Below, one piece after another: positions 29,753-43,779 of a stretch of DNA of 64,000 bases (position 1 is its first letter; each line of letters opens with the position of its first letter). The translations under genes were made by a program, and so were the position numbers. The notes under the pieces were generated by a model. That model was not told the DNA's origin and did not search any database. It worked only from the letters and a program-made list of their open reading frames with translations. This stretch comes from Eledone cirrhosa (taxonomy: Eukaryota), in assembly GCA_964016885.1 (NCBI GenBank), contig OZ024743.1:67022001-67086000 (forward strand), read 5' to 3'.

Positions 29753-29820
<68 letters not shown>

Positions 29821-30479
29821 AAAATAATAAAGATTTGAAGATGCATCGTTTGTTTGTTTTTATATATTTCTGCAACGTGCCAGTACACAACAAAAAGAAA
29901 TTAGTTCACACAAAATAAATTGTTTTAAATTATTATGAGATTTTAAACAAATACATAGGTGTGTTTGTAGAAATAGTCATAATTATCTAATTACTTTTTA
30001 TTATTGTAATTGTGGGGGGGGGGGGGAACAATGGTGATGGTTGTGATGGTAGAAGCGGTGTTGGTGGTGGTGGCAATGGTGGAAGCGCTATTCATTCGAT
30101 TATTTTTAGCAACTCTAGAGAGTTGTTATTTTTATGTATGCATGTGTGGCTAGAGTTTTCCCAGATAGTTGCAGTTAAGTTGTATACAATTTTCTGTGTG
30201 TCCGTGTGTGTGGTGTGTTAATTTATATATTTCCAAAGTCTCTCTAAATCTGTTAATATATTTAAAGTTCCTCCGTTCGAAGAGTGAGTGAGGAGTTCAA
30301 GGTGGATCTATTCAAGAATCGAATCAGTTTAAACTTGATTCTCAGGTTTGCTTCCCATGAAATGATGAATATCTACACTCTACGTTCATTAATTGTTTTA
30401 CTAATCATCTAATTAGTTATATATAGTGAACGAGTGAAGAATAACATGGTCGGCTGTACAAAAAGGGTTTTATTTGCAG

Positions 30480-30604
<125 letters not shown>

Positions 30605-30771
30605 TCCCGGGTTCAATCGCGGTAAGGTACTTAATACACAGCACAGTATAAATATTTGATATTTAATATAGCAATGGCTTTCCTGATCATTTCCTTCAAA
30701 TGAAACAGTTCTATTCCTATAGAAGCCATTTCTATAATATATATATATATACATATATATATATATGTATA

Positions 30772-31064
30772 TATTATGATTGGTGCTCTGAAATAGCGAT
30801 GTATACATGAATGTATGTATAGTATATTAGGCAATATACCGTATGTTTAAGTAAAAACATGTTGAAGACCATACGCTATCGGTTTTAAAGTGACTTTGTT
30901 TAAAGTGACTATGTCACTTACTTCTTTTCGCCGAAAGAGGGGAGAGAAGCTAACCGTCTGTTTCACGCTGTTGGCGAACATCAGAGCCACGCACTCCCTT
31001 TAAAACCGATAGCGTATGTTTTTAATTAAACATACGGTATATTGTCAAATATACTATACATACA

Positions 31065-31069
<5 letters not shown>
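30772..31069 (-). mobile_element. Fold-back mini-element (arms about 30807-30891 and 30999-31069) with ~35-nt tail and decayed HHR in the spacer (30948-30988 minus)
   Basis: Inverted arms visible; minus strand GGCT-CTGATGT-tCGC caaca GCGt-GAAA-C..G-TT-AGCT. Confidence 0.6.
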
Positions 31070-31101
<32 letters not shown>

Positions 31102-31103
<2 letters not shown>

Positions 31104-31353
31104 TATCGCCGTATTTTGACTAAAGAAATTAAAGAAATTATTTAGCCTAATAGTGGGGTTAAGAACCCTCGCGGAAATGGAAAAAGATAAGTATTGACAT
31201 GTACGTCAATACTCATCTTTTTCCATTTCTCCGAGGGTTCTTAACCCCACTATCAGGCTAAATAATTTCTTTAATTTCTTTAGTCAAAATACGGCGATAG
31301 CTTACATTTCTAATAATTTCAAACCCACTCGCTGTTTCGAAAATATTCTTACT

Positions 31354-31355
<2 letters not shown>
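31102..31355 (+). mobile_element. 200-bp near-perfect palindrome plus ~54-nt tail in (TA)n
   Basis: gctatcgccgtattttgac...gtcaaaatacggcgatagc, centre near 31201. Confidence 0.85.
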
Positions 31356-31397
<42 letters not shown>

Positions 31398-31984
31398 CTA
31401 GTTAAATGCTTAGTAAACATATACGTTCGTGTTTACTTCTCTACCTTTTACCCGGTTACATTTACCCCGTCTGCTATCACACATGCGCTTGTACATTCAC
31501 CCCTAAATTCCTATGGCCCTTTTATGCTCAGAAACATGTACTGTTACAGATGATATGGACCGACAAAATACGCACACACACCTCTACTTTTCACTTCACA
31601 GCTCTATATACACACACAGACACACCCTTATATTAACATACTTTTGCTCACAGATCATACTTACAAGCACACACACACACTCTTTTACTTACATGTACAC
31701 ACACATATCCTATCAGCTTCGTACGGACGTATAATAACACACATATACACACACACATACACAAATGCATACGCATTCGCACGGGTATAGCTCTATATAC
31801 AAAACGCTTTTTTTCCATTTCAGGTAGACGCGCTCCATCATCCACTTTTCTAAAAAATAAGTCATGCACAAAACGCCAGCATCGACAGTTTTGCAAGAGA
31901 TATCAACATGAATGGACCTGTTATTTTTCTCTATAAACATTTTTTTCCAATTCCACACCACCCGTCCCTTCAGTCTACCTTCTT

Positions 31985-32020
31985 TGTTCTGATGAAAGAC
32001 TAGCGTCCGAAACGTTAAGA
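31985..32020 (+). ncRNA. Minimal HHR, partly decayed
   Basis: CTGATGA-a-AGAC tagc GTCC-GAAA-CG-TT-AAGA. Confidence 0.6.
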
Positions 32021-32135
32021 TCCTCTTCCTGCTATTTCAAGCGTTAACCTAATATATTCCTCCCATATAATGTACCGACTGTATTGTTATTTCTGTTTAC
32101 CTTTTACATACATACACGTACACACACACACACAC

Positions 32136-32187
<52 letters not shown>

Positions 32188-32277
32188 CGTGTAAAAGGTA
32201 AACAGAAATAGCAACACAATCGGTACAGTATATGGAAGGGATATGTTAGGTTAACGCTTGATATAGCAAGAATAGGA

Positions 32278-32313
32278 TCTCAACGTTTCGGACGCTAGTC
32301 CATCATCAGAAGA
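32278..32313 (-). ncRNA. Minimal type-I HHR
   Basis: TCTT-CTGATGA-t-GGAC tagc GTCC-GAAA-CG-TT-GAGA; palindromic AACGTT. Confidence 0.75.
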
Positions 32314-32814
32314 AAGAATGAGAAATAAGATAGATTGAGGGGACGGGCGGGTTGGAATTGGGAAAAATGTCTTTAGATAAAAAATAACAGGTCCATTCAT
32401 GTTGACATCTCCTGCAAAACTGTTGGTGCTGCCGATTTATGTATGATTTACTTTTTAGAAAAGTGGATAATGGAGCGCGTCTACCTGAAATGGAAGAAAA
32501 ACACCGTCTTTTAAAAAGAGATATACTTGTGCACGTGCGTAAGCAGATGTGTAGCTGTGTGTGTTGTCATACGTCCGTGCGAAGCTAAGAAGAAATGTGT
32601 GTGTATATAAGTAAAAGAGTGTGTGTGTCCATGTAAGTACGAAGCTATGAGCAAAAGTATGTTAATATAAGGGTGTGTATGTGTGTATACAGAGCAGTGA
32701 AGGGAAAAGTGGAGTGAGCATATTTAGTCGGTCAGTATTAGTCGTAAGAGAAGATGTTAATGATCAAGTGAGAGAGAGATAGAGAGAGAGCGATAGGAAT
32801 CTAGGGGTGAATGT

Positions 32815-32848
<34 letters not shown>

Positions 32849-32880
32849 TAGTTAAATGAGTAGTAAAACCATTTGCAATT

Positions 32881-33160
32881 AAAAATGCAAAAAGTAACTG
32901 GAGTCTTTTAAGAATATTTATTTACTTCACCGGTTTCACAGTTCTTATGATTTTCAAAAGTCAAGTTGAGATGGAGGGTGTAAGTCTCTCTTGTGATTTG
33001 TCTCGCGAGACAACCCTCCATGTCAATTTAACTTTTGAAAATCATAAGACCTATGAAACCGGTAAAGTAAATAAATATTTTTAAAAGACTCTAGTTACAT
33101 TTTTCAATTTCTTTTCCTTTCTTACCCGTGTGTGACATTTAAAAAATCCTTACTTTCTCA
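32881..33160 (+). mobile_element. Diverged fold-back pLTR mini-element of the 10145 family with TTGAAAA cores (32924-32961 minus, 33031-33068 plus)
   Basis: Palindrome 32881-33105 plus tail; shares gagatggaggg, gaaaccggta and tail motifs. Confidence 0.8.
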
Positions 33161-33544
33161 CATATATATATATAACATTAAGAAAGATGCTGATGTTACA
33201 TAAGTCGTTCATTCGTAATAATTATTTCAACGGTTCGCCCATGCAATCCAAGATTCATGTATTTGTTGTTGTTATGAGAACGGTATTGTCAGATGAAATT
33301 CGATTTTGTGATATGCCGCCGGCAGAAAAGAACACGTCCTTCTGTTCATGCGCCCGTCAGACTTACTGTATGTGTGTATAAGCCATTAGCAGAGAAGGAT
33401 GGACTGACAAAATCACTTTCTTCTCGGAAGGACCACGTATGTGAAAATTAACTTTTCTTCCCCTCTTTATAAATATTTTTGTTGTTATTATCATTATTTT
33501 CACTAGTTGTACAAATATGCAACTTAACAATATTCTGCATATCC

Positions 33545-33582
33545 GCAATTGACAATGCATTTAATGCTGAAACCGGTATTGT
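33545..33582 (+). ncRNA. Minimal HHR, U3-A8 variant with different stems
   Basis: GCAA-TTGACAA-tGCAT tta ATGCt-GAAA-CCGG-TA-TTGT, followed by a ~80-nt tail into (TA)n. Confidence 0.7.
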
Positions 33583-35770
33583 ACATACATTAATGCTTTC
33601 AAATTTCTCTAAAAATATCTCTTCAACATTTTCTACAGAAAACATCTTTTTCCTTTCTTTTGTTTATATATATATGTATATATAGCACACATCTTACATA
33701 AGGAATTTGATAACCTACAAGGGGATTTTAAAGATACGATACATTGCTTTTAGCTAAAAACCTAAATAATCAAAACTTAGAAAGATTACGGAAAAAGGTT
33801 AGAAAATTCTTTAATAAATTAAGCCTTAACATCACTTTTGAACTCAATTCCATAAAAATAATGAAAATTTAGCTTACATAAATTATAACTCTAATCCCCC
33901 TCGATCCATAATTAATTTCATAACACATAGTATATCCCTTAGAATCTCACGCCTATCTTCTAATCTAGAGATTTTTAACGAACACGCTAACTACTACAAC
34001 ATAGCTTTACTTAAGGCAGGCCATAAAAAGAGACTCAATTACATACCAAATACAAAAAAATAACAACACACTTAATAGAAATAACACTATCCAGACCTAT
34101 ATAAGCAACAAATCTAGGACTAAACATAGAAATTGGCAACAATCACGTGAATTAATTGAACAGAATACTAATAGAAAGACCACTAATAACTATAGAAGAT
34201 GTAGAGATAGAAAGTACTTATGGTTCAATCCAGTGTTTAACTCCTCTATAAAAACAAAACTACCTTATACTTTCTTCAAATTAGTTGACAAACATTTCCC
34301 TAAAATTCATAAATATCATAAAATCTTTAATAGAAAAACTATCAATCTATCATACTCCACTGCCAACAACATAGAATTGCACATACATAAAATTAACTAT
34401 AAAAGAATGTATAATGCAAGTAGCCCACAAATAAGTACAATAACACCAAATACAAAACATAAACATATAAAATCATCACAACCAAACACACGTCAAAACA
34501 CATCACCACAATACATCAACAAACCCAATTCTCAGCCCATACATAACAATTTACAAAACCATATTGAAGAACCGGCACAGAGAAAAGCCTCTAAATGTAA
34601 TTGTCATCTACCTGACAAATGCCCATTACAAAATAGATGCCTAGAGTCTAATATAGTATACCTATGTACTATAAATTCAGGCAGCTTAGCATGGCACTAC
34701 ATAGGATCTACAGCTGGAGAATTTAAGAAAAGGTGGTATGTCCACAGACAATCTATGATTAACAGGAAGCTCATAAATACAACAACTCTCGTCAATAAAA
34801 TCTGGCAACTCAGAGATGCAAACATGGAATATAAAATCAGCTGGACGAAGCTATCAACAGCAACGGCTTATCGATTTGGCATGTCCCACTGTGGTGTTTG
34901 TAATATGGAGCTTTTCCAAATTTTAAAGTAGAACAAAATGCTACTTAACAGTAAAATTGAAAGAACTATTTACTGTAGGCATAAGACGGCGACCAGATTT
35001 GAGAACTTTAGACCGGCTTAATTCATCTTAAATATTCCATAACCCAAATTGTACCACTTAGATCTATTATAATATCACATCATCATCATTATTGTTATAA
35101 TTGTCACCATCTATCAAGGAACCAACATCAAAACCTCTTATATTTACATTCTTATTTTATGTATCACTTTCTATCTCTATTTCTCTCCCTAAATTTATTT
35201 CATCCCTAGTATTTTATTTTATCATATCATTTTCACTTCTAACATAACATACAACTAATTAATCAAATAATTAATTAATTATATAATTAATTTATTAAAA
35301 TAACCAATACACACATAAATATATTTAACATTATCATATTTATACCTCGCATCTGCTTAAATTTCTTCGCACATTTTACTTATTTATTTTCATATTTTCA
35401 TATTTTTATATCTCATATTTTGTATCATTTTGTATCATACTCGATATAATTTGTTTAGTTATTCTTTCATTTATTTATTTATTTATTCATTTATTTACAT
35501 TTATTCATGTATTAACTTTTATTCATTTATTGTTGATATCATTTTTTCTCTTACGTCATTTCTCCTCTACCCTTTTCTATTCTCTTCTATCCGCCTTTCT
35601 CTACATCTTGTTTCTCTCTATATCTTTCTCTGTTTTCATTTCTCCTTTTGCTTTTTCTCTTTCCTTTTTTCTTCTTTATATTTTTCCTTCTTCTTTCTTT
35701 CTCTCCTTTATCTATCTCTCTTTCTTTCTTTTGTTCTCTCTCTATCTTTATTACTAATATTATTATTGAT

Positions 35771-35960
35771 GCGGTGGATTGGCAGTATCGGTAGAGGGTC
35801 GAACGCCATGCTTTGCAGCATAGTTACGTCCCTTTACGATCTGAGTTCAAATTCCGCCGAGGTTAACTTTGCCTTTCATCCTTACGGGGTCGATAAAATA
35901 AAGTACCAGTAATACACTGGGATAATTGCTGGCCTTGTGCCAAAAGTAGAAACAATTATT
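35771..35960 (+). mobile_element. Full-length ~190-bp tRNA SINE nested in the PLE 3' region
   Basis: A-box TGGCAGTATCGG, B-box GAGTTCAAATTCC; target duplication attattattgat(gc) on both sides. Confidence 0.9.
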
Positions 35961-36014
35961 ATTGATGCTGTAATTTGAATTTGTAGATTTGCCGGTTATA
36001 TATATTTTTATAAC

Positions 36015-36122
36015 AGTTTCTGATGACATGATTGAGCTAGCATCGTATTTAAAATTGAGTGGCACTGCTTCTAGTGTTCAACAATTTTTAGACAACTCAA
36101 TCAGAGAAACAATTGTTAGACT
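36015..36122 (+). ncRNA. HHR with ~79-nt stem II
   Basis: AGTTT-CTGATGA-caTGATTGAG...AAAATTG..CAATTTT...CTCAATCAga-GAAA-C aatt G-TT-AGACT. Confidence 0.7.
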
Positions 36123-36656
36123 ATAAATGAATTCCCCTTTTTTGTACTGTTGACCATGTTATTCTTCACATTTTTTCAATTTTTTGCCACCTACATCCAT
36201 ACCACGTATAAACACCAACACACACGTGCGTACACCCACATATACACACTCAGCTTCCGGAATCCTCACCCCACACACCCCTCAGGCCCCTCCCCATCCA
36301 CACGCCCGCACACACCAACCTACACCCCACCCACCCCCACACAACTTTTCCTGAACATGGAACCTCGTTCTTCCGCCAACTCTCACATACACACACACAC
36401 ACACGTACACCTACACACATACAGAAACACCACCTTCAGCCCTCCCCTCTCGTACCCCCCGTCTCCCTCTCCCTACTCCACCCGCCACCACCCTACACGC
36501 CCCACACCCTTCCACCACTTGTTTATCTTTATGTTTATTTAAATTTTTATTTGTACCTCTTCCACCGTTTTTCCTCCCTTTTCTCTCCCCCCTTTTTTCT
36601 AAATGTCTCTCCACCCCTCCCCCACACACCCTCGGAACTCTCTTCCCACCCACTTT

Positions 36657-36690
36657 TCTCCTGAAGAAGGGCTTATGCCCGAAACGTCGT
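36657..36690 (+). ncRNA. HHR core in a further pLTR (about 36150-36775); 3' strand of stem I not found
   Basis: CTGAAGA-a-GGGC ttat GCCC-GAAA-CG-TC; AATAAA about 35 nt downstream. Confidence 0.55.
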
Positions 36691-37251
36691 CCCCCATCCC
36701 CCCACTCTCAAGAGCGTGAAACTAATAAACCTTTGTTTGTACTACCTCTGTTTTTGTTCCTGTCCCAGTTTTCACTATATATATATATATATATATTATG
36801 TGTATGAGTATATATATATACACACACGCATACGCATATATATATATATAAATATATGTATATATGCATAGCTATGCATACATATATAGCCGTGAATATA
36901 CACAAAAACTTACGACGTGGCCATACATAAGGACATACTTTGTTAAACAGTTATTCTTTATTCCTGGGCAAGTTTTAGTTTGATTCCTGAAGCCAAGCTA
37001 GATTGTGTATGTAGCTCTCAGTATCGTTGGTCGTTATACAGCAACGGAGTGAATATATTTGCTTTTCTAGTGATTATAGCTGGAACTTCGCTCTTTAGAA
37101 TGGCTAGATTTCCCTTAAAAGTCGGTCACTTCCTTGTCTCTGGAGACATTGCATTGATTTCGTGAATAATGTCTTGAATCTTGAAGCTTTTGATGTCATC
37201 AATAAAGATATATAGAATATAATAGGTACCCACACACAGACACACACGAAC

Positions 37252-37284
<33 letters not shown>

Positions 37285-37309
37285 TATGCATCCATACGTA
37301 CATTCACGC

Positions 37310-37404
<95 letters not shown>

Positions 37405-37859
37405 CATTCATACGTACATTCACGCATGCCCATCTAAATATTAATCTTTCTCTCTTTCTCTCTTTCTCTCTTTCTCTCCCTCTCCCATCTCTCTCCTCTA
37501 TCTCCCTCTCTACCCATATATACTTGTTCGTATATACACACCCATATATGCGCGAAGGAAATTCTCTTGTGTATGAGAGAGAATAATGGAGTCTGACTCA
37601 ATTTGAAAGAGAAAGAGAGAAACTATTATAGTACATATTAAAGAACATTTCTCATTTTGTCAACTCTTTCACTCCCACTACATTAGAACTTTCAGTCTTT
37701 CTCCAAATCTTTTTTTCTATTTACCTTTCTTCTTCTCGGGCGTGGCTGGAGATAGGAGGATTGATGCACATGGATTATCTGGATTAAACTAGAGACAACC
37801 AGACGAACGCTCGGCCATATTATTTTATATACGTGTATGTGTGTATGTGTGTATGTATG

Positions 37860-37912
<53 letters not shown>

Positions 37913-38045
37913 TGTATGTATGTATGTATGTATGCATGCATCTGTGGATATGGATCTGTGTACATATGTATGAATATATGCATGTTTGTGCCTATTTATA
38001 TATTCATGTGTGGATATGTTCATTTCTACACATAATATATATGCT

Positions 38046-38079
<34 letters not shown>

Positions 38080-38559
38080 CGTGCATATATATATATATAT
38101 ACACATATACAAACATGCATAGTGACACACAGATAAATACATACATATAGTCACATATATATACATACATATATACAAGTTTATATACACACATGAATAC
38201 ACACATACATACATATATAGATACATGATTACACACATACATATATACATACATATATATATATACATACAGACAGACAGACAGACAGACATAAAACGTT
38301 TCTTCCATTCATTATACCAATTCTCTTCTCATGTGAAGCTGATTGTGGCCAATTATCTTCGGTCAGTCACAATTAATCGCAATTAGGCATTACTTTTATC
38401 TATACCACCTCCTCCCACCACCACCACCCTACTTCCTTTTTCCTCCCCATCTCCCCCTCACTAACATATCCTCCACCTCCACCCCCATCATTATCATAAC
38501 TGCCAATGCAAACATCCAACCACGAAAACCAACACCAAATCCATCACCAACGCCACCAC

Positions 38560-38966
38560 TAGTATCACCACCACTAGCATCAACATAACTACCAACACCA
38601 CCTACATCAGCACAACCACCACCACCACCAACAACAACAAAACCATCACTACCACCACCACCAACATCAACACAACAACCACCACCACCACCTACATCAA
38701 CACAACCACCACCACCACCAACATAAACACCTTCACTACCACCACCACCAACAACAATACAACCACCACCACCAACAATAACAACAACACCATCACTACC
38801 ACCACCACCAACATCAACACAACCACCCCCACCACCACCAACATCAACACAACCACCAACATCAATACAACCACCACCACCAACAACAACAACAACACCA
38901 TCACTACCACCACAACCAACATCAACACAACCACCACCACCAACAACACAACAACGACATCAACAG

Positions 38967-38999
<33 letters not shown>

Positions 39000-39600
39000 C
39001 ACTATCACTACCACCACCACCAACATCAACACAACCACTACCACCACCACCACCAACATCAATACAACCACCACCACCACCAACATCAATACAACCGCCA
39101 CCACCACCACCACCACCACCACCACCACCATCAACACAACTACCACCACCACCACCAACATCTATACAACCACCATCACCACCAACATCAACACAACTAC
39201 CGCCACAACCACCAATATCAACACAACTACCACCACCACCCACATCCACACCACCTCCACCACCACCAACATCAACACAACTAACACCACCACCACCACC
39301 AACATCAACACAACTAACACCACCACCACCAACATCAATACAACCACAACCACCACCACCACCAACATCAATACAACCACCACCACCACCAACATCAACA
39401 CCACCACCACCACCAACATCAACACACCCACCACCACCACAACACAACCACCACCACCAGCTATATCAACACAACCACTACCACCAACACAACCACCACC
39501 ACCACCACCACCAACACAACCATCACCACCATCACCTACACCAACACAACCACCACCTACACTAACGCAACCACCACAGTCACCAACACAACAACCAGCA
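38560..39600 (+). repeat. 24-30-bp minisatellite (CACCACCACCAACATCAACACAAC)
   Basis: Seen directly; translates GGGGCIDV on minus. Confidence 0.85.
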
Positions 39601-39894
39601 CCACTATCACCTACATCAACACAACCACCATCTGCAACATCACAATAACCAGTAGCACCCCCGCCACCATCATTATCACCAGCACACCACCACTACTCTG
39701 TCTCCCCTGTCTTCCACCATCACAACCGATGCTCACCTCGCCCCTATCAACACCAAATACCATCAGGCCACCGTCACACTGCCTCCAACAAACCACTATA
39801 TCTAACTGATCCTTACCACCACCACTACTACCACCACCACCACTACCACCACTACCACTACTACCACACCACTACCACCACCATCACCATTTTA

Positions 39895-41030
39895 CCCACA
39901 ATCTTAGCCACCATCTTAGCCACCATTTCACCAACCATCCTACCCACCATTTTACCCACAATCTTAGCACGATTCTACCAACCATCCCACCCACCCCTTT
40001 ACCCACAATTTTAGCCACCATTCTACCAACCATCCTACCCACCTATTTATACACAATCTCAGCCACCATGCTGCCAACGACCCTACCCACCATGCTACCC
40101 ACCTTTCTACCCACGTCAACAGTTATATCACTGCCGTTATCAACGCCAATATCACTATCATTGTAATATTGCCACCATCATAACCAACAACATTCAATGG
40201 TACCATGAGGGTAAGATGGTGGGTAGGATGGTTGGCAGGATGGTGGCTAAGATTGTGGATTAAAATAGTGGGTAGGATGGTGGGTAGGATGGTGGGTAGG
40301 ATGATGGCTAAGATTGTGGATAAAATGGTGTGTAGGATGGTGGCTAAAATGGTGGCTAAGATTGTGTATAAAAGTGTGGGTAGGATGTGGGATAAAATGA
40401 TTTGTAGAATAGTTGGTAGCAGTGTAGATAGATGGTGGGTTATAAGGTGGGTATAATGGTGGGTGGTTGTTGGGCATAAGAGTGGGTAAAATTGTGGGTA
40501 GGATGGCTGGTAGGATGGTGAGTAGCATGGTGTAGGATTGTGGGTAGGATGGGGGATAGAAGGGGGTAGGGTGGGGGTAGAAGGGGTTACTATGGGGTGT
40601 AGAAGGAGGTAGCATGGCTGATAGAATGGACTATAGGGTGGTGAGTAGGATTGTGGGTAGAATTCTGGGTAGAATGCTGGGTAGAATGCTAAGTAGGATG
40701 GCTGATACAATGATAGATGGAATGGTGGGTTGGATGGTGGGTAGGATGGTAGGTAGAATGGTGGGTGTGATGGTGGGTAGGATAGTGGGTAGTGTGGTAG
40801 ATAGAATGGTGGGTGGGATGAGGGGTAGGATGGTGGTAGGATGGTGGGTAGGATGGTAGATAGAATGGTGGGGTGATGTTGGTTAGAATGATGAGTAGGA
40901 TCGTGGGTAGAATACTTGGTAGAATGCTGTATAGAAAGATGGGTAGCTGCTGGGTAAGATGGTAGGTAGAATGGTGGGTAGGATGATGGGTAGAATGGTG
41001 GGTAAACGGTTGTGTAGGGAGCTGGGTAGA
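39895..41030. repeat. 12-bp minisatellite (CCACCATCCTAC) at 39895-40115 and its complement (GTAGGATGGTGG) at 40205-41030
   Basis: Opposite-polarity arrays separated by about 90 bp. Confidence 0.8.
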
Positions 41031-41127
41031 ATGAATACCATTAATATTTTTATTATATACATTTAATTTCAGTATAGAAATTTGTATATAATCCTGATAC
41101 CTTGAGGATCAGTAATAGAAATAGTGA

Positions 41128-41270
41128 AGGCGCATGGCTTAGTGGTTAGAGCACTGGGCTTGCAATCGAAAGGTTGTGAGTTCAATACTCAGACCAGGTG
41201 ATGTGTTGTTTACTTGAGCAAGACAGTTTATTTCACGCTGCTCCATTTTACTCAGCTGTAGAAATGAGAT
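41128..41270 (+). mobile_element. tRNA-derived CORE/V-like SINE; relatives at 59066-59220, 60137-60420, 63070-63390
   Basis: A-box TGGCTTAGTGG, B-box GAGTTCAAT, core ttgagcaagacag...ctcca..actcagctg..aaatgag. Confidence 0.75.
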
Positions 41271-41660
41271 GATAGGACTGGGGTCCCTATCATTAAATCA
41301 CCCAAGACACCTCCAACGAGATATACCTTGGAGGAGGTCAGCTAAACCTACATAGGTGTGAGCTGTAACAACAACACCAACAATAATAATAGAAATCCCT
41401 GAAGACTCTATCTGGTTGCCTAGAAAGCAACCAGATAGTCTTAAAGATAGCACTGACCTTGTCTTTTTCAAGTGTTCTGTTTCTCGTATAATCGTGCCTC
41501 GCCCCCAACCCTGCTTATTAAATTGTGCTAATCTATCTCCGGTGAAATTTTATTTTAAGTGGTGGCATTGCTGCAACAATTAATTTTCTTTAGATAGATA
41601 GATAGATAGATAGATTGAAACCATTATATTTATATTGTTACAGTTAATCCGCCATAGAAA

Positions 41661-42046
41661 TACACTCGGGTCTCGAATAACCACATCCACCTCGCTTATT
41701 ACATTTTGCTGATCTCCAGCGAGATTTTATTTTAGTTTATTCCTGCAACAATTCATTTTCTTTAGACATTTAAAAAAACATTATTATAGTACCAGTAATA
41801 CACTGGATAATTGCTGGCCTTGTGCCAAAAGTAGAAACAATTATTATACATGACATAAAAAGGTACATTACTAGAAATCCCATGTGTTATAAAATAAATA
41901 GGATGGGTTGGGGTCTCAATATATAAACTAAACAACTAACTCTGCTGGGGTTTTTTTAAATCAACGGCGACAACCTAGAAATATTACCGATTCCCCCCTT
42001 CCCCACTTTTTCCAACCCTCCCCCTATTATTTGGGACCCGAGAATA
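41661..42046. mobile_element. Possible TA-flanked MITE
   Basis: Terminal inverted motifs ctcgggtctcgaataa and ttatttgggacccgag, each near TA; SINE tail nested at 41785-41848. Confidence 0.4.
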
Positions 42047-42210
42047 TAGACCTTCGCTATAATCTATTTCAAGAATCAAGGCCTTCAGTAATATAATGGC
42101 TTTCATGGGTTTCTAGAAATTTGCAACGATCTTATAGTTTTTAAAATAACCATGTAAATTAGAAGTTTTCTACTAGTATCTGGCTAACTATTTATATAGT
42201 TCAATGTATG

Positions 42211-42242
<32 letters not shown>

Positions 42243-42338
42243 TGTATGTATGTATGTATGTATGTATGTATGTATGTATGTATGTATGTATGTATGTATG
42301 TATGTATGCGTGTGTGAATGTATGTATGTATGTGCATG

Positions 42339-42414
<76 letters not shown>

Positions 42415-42507
42415 TGCCTATGAACACCCACCTACACACACGCATAAAATCAATGAATTATATAGTTGAATTAAGCTAAGGAAAGTCTTCTAAGCATATA
42501 AACATAT

Positions 42508-42612
<105 letters not shown>

Positions 42613-43036
42613 TGAACAAAAATTCACATACACTCATATATATATATAAGTATATTTATGCAGAAAAACTACTTGTGCATAGTACACATATACAGGGATA
42701 TACAAACACACATGAATACATCGGCACATCCACACACATATATTGAGGCAAAGACTTACGCACAGTCACACACAGAAACACAATAACGTCTATACTATTC
42801 TGACCACAACCTCGTCTTGGCAAAGTCAGTAATCTTGGCAATGTACCAAAGATGAAGAGTGGAGAGGTAAAGCAGCCATAGTAGCCTCGTTCTGGAACCA
42901 ACTGCTAATTTTCGTCTGATCAAATCTTTTCATTGAAAGGCAACGGCAATGTTCTTCTACATGTTTGTTTCACCCTAGACTGACAGAGAGGATAGAGTTG
43001 ATTCAACAGACGGGAAAGATGTATTTATATATGTAC

Positions 43037-43120
<84 letters not shown>

Positions 43121-43234
43121 TGTGTGTGCATGTGTGTGGTGGGAGAAAAGAAGAGGAGTGAGATAGTAGGTAAGAGAGAGAGAGAGAGAGAGGGAAAGAG
43201 GGAAAATGTTACAGATACAGGAATATACAGCGTC

Positions 43235-43304
<70 letters not shown>

Positions 43305-43346
43305 AAAATGTTTAACTCCGGCGACAGAGCTCAAGCCGTTTCGACG

Positions 43347-43396
<50 letters not shown>

Positions 43397-43401
<5 letters not shown>

Positions 43402-43560
43402 GTATTTTCGTTGCTCTAGTGATGCGGCTGGACTGCCGACCGCTATATCTGATTTGCTAAGCTGTCTGAACGTAATGTTATTACTCGGGGGTCTTTCCTC
43501 ATCTGAGTGCTCAAACTACAGACCGATTATGCATAAGCTGGCATGGCCGTGTTCATAAGC
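43397..43560 (-). repeat. ~190-bp dispersed repeat; copies at 56520-56715 and 56765-56950 (plus)
   Basis: Shared gagtaataacattacgttyagacagctt..caaat..gccgca..aacga..cagg, each ending at (TA)n. Confidence 0.7.
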
Positions 43561-43580
43561 TACGTCAATGCTGTACTAAA

Positions 43581-43611
<31 letters not shown>

Positions 43612-43779
43612 TTTCGTTTCTGAATTTGTTTAGCAAGATTCTTTATCTGAAAACGTGTGTTGAAACCGATATTGTTATACTTTGGGAGGGTCATGTTGCC
43701 AATAAGAAACACACGCAACAGTTGTTTCACTTCAATTTATTATAATAAATTTATAAATTTAGGAATTTATAAATTTATA

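Larger units (their letters stand above)
31490..32818. mobile_element. Two diverged ~620-bp pLTR copies tail-to-tail around a CA/TA/TG microsatellite; third partial copy at 61503-61765
   Basis: 31490-32110 is the imperfect reverse complement of 32190-32818; each carries an HHR. Confidence 0.85.
33770..36150 (+). mobile_element. Decayed 5'-truncated PLE (Hydra-type linker) with long AT-rich 3' region and terminal HHR
   Basis: WFNPVFNSSIKT...KIFNRKTINLSYS...CNCHLPDKCPLQNRCLESNIVY...HYIGST...FKKRWYVH; coding remnant ends near 35020. Confidence 0.85.

Noticed and set aside
38692-39447. Gly/Cys-rich GGGGCIDV structural protein
   Set aside because: The minisatellite shifts frame within the ORF and there is no signal peptide or exon evidence
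41128-41205. tRNA gene
   Set aside because: A and B boxes are present but there is no proper acceptor stem, and it continues into a SINE core
43647-43730. HHR-like CTGAAAA..CGTGTGTT/AACACACG
   Set aside because: Uncompensated core, GAAA missing, no stem I
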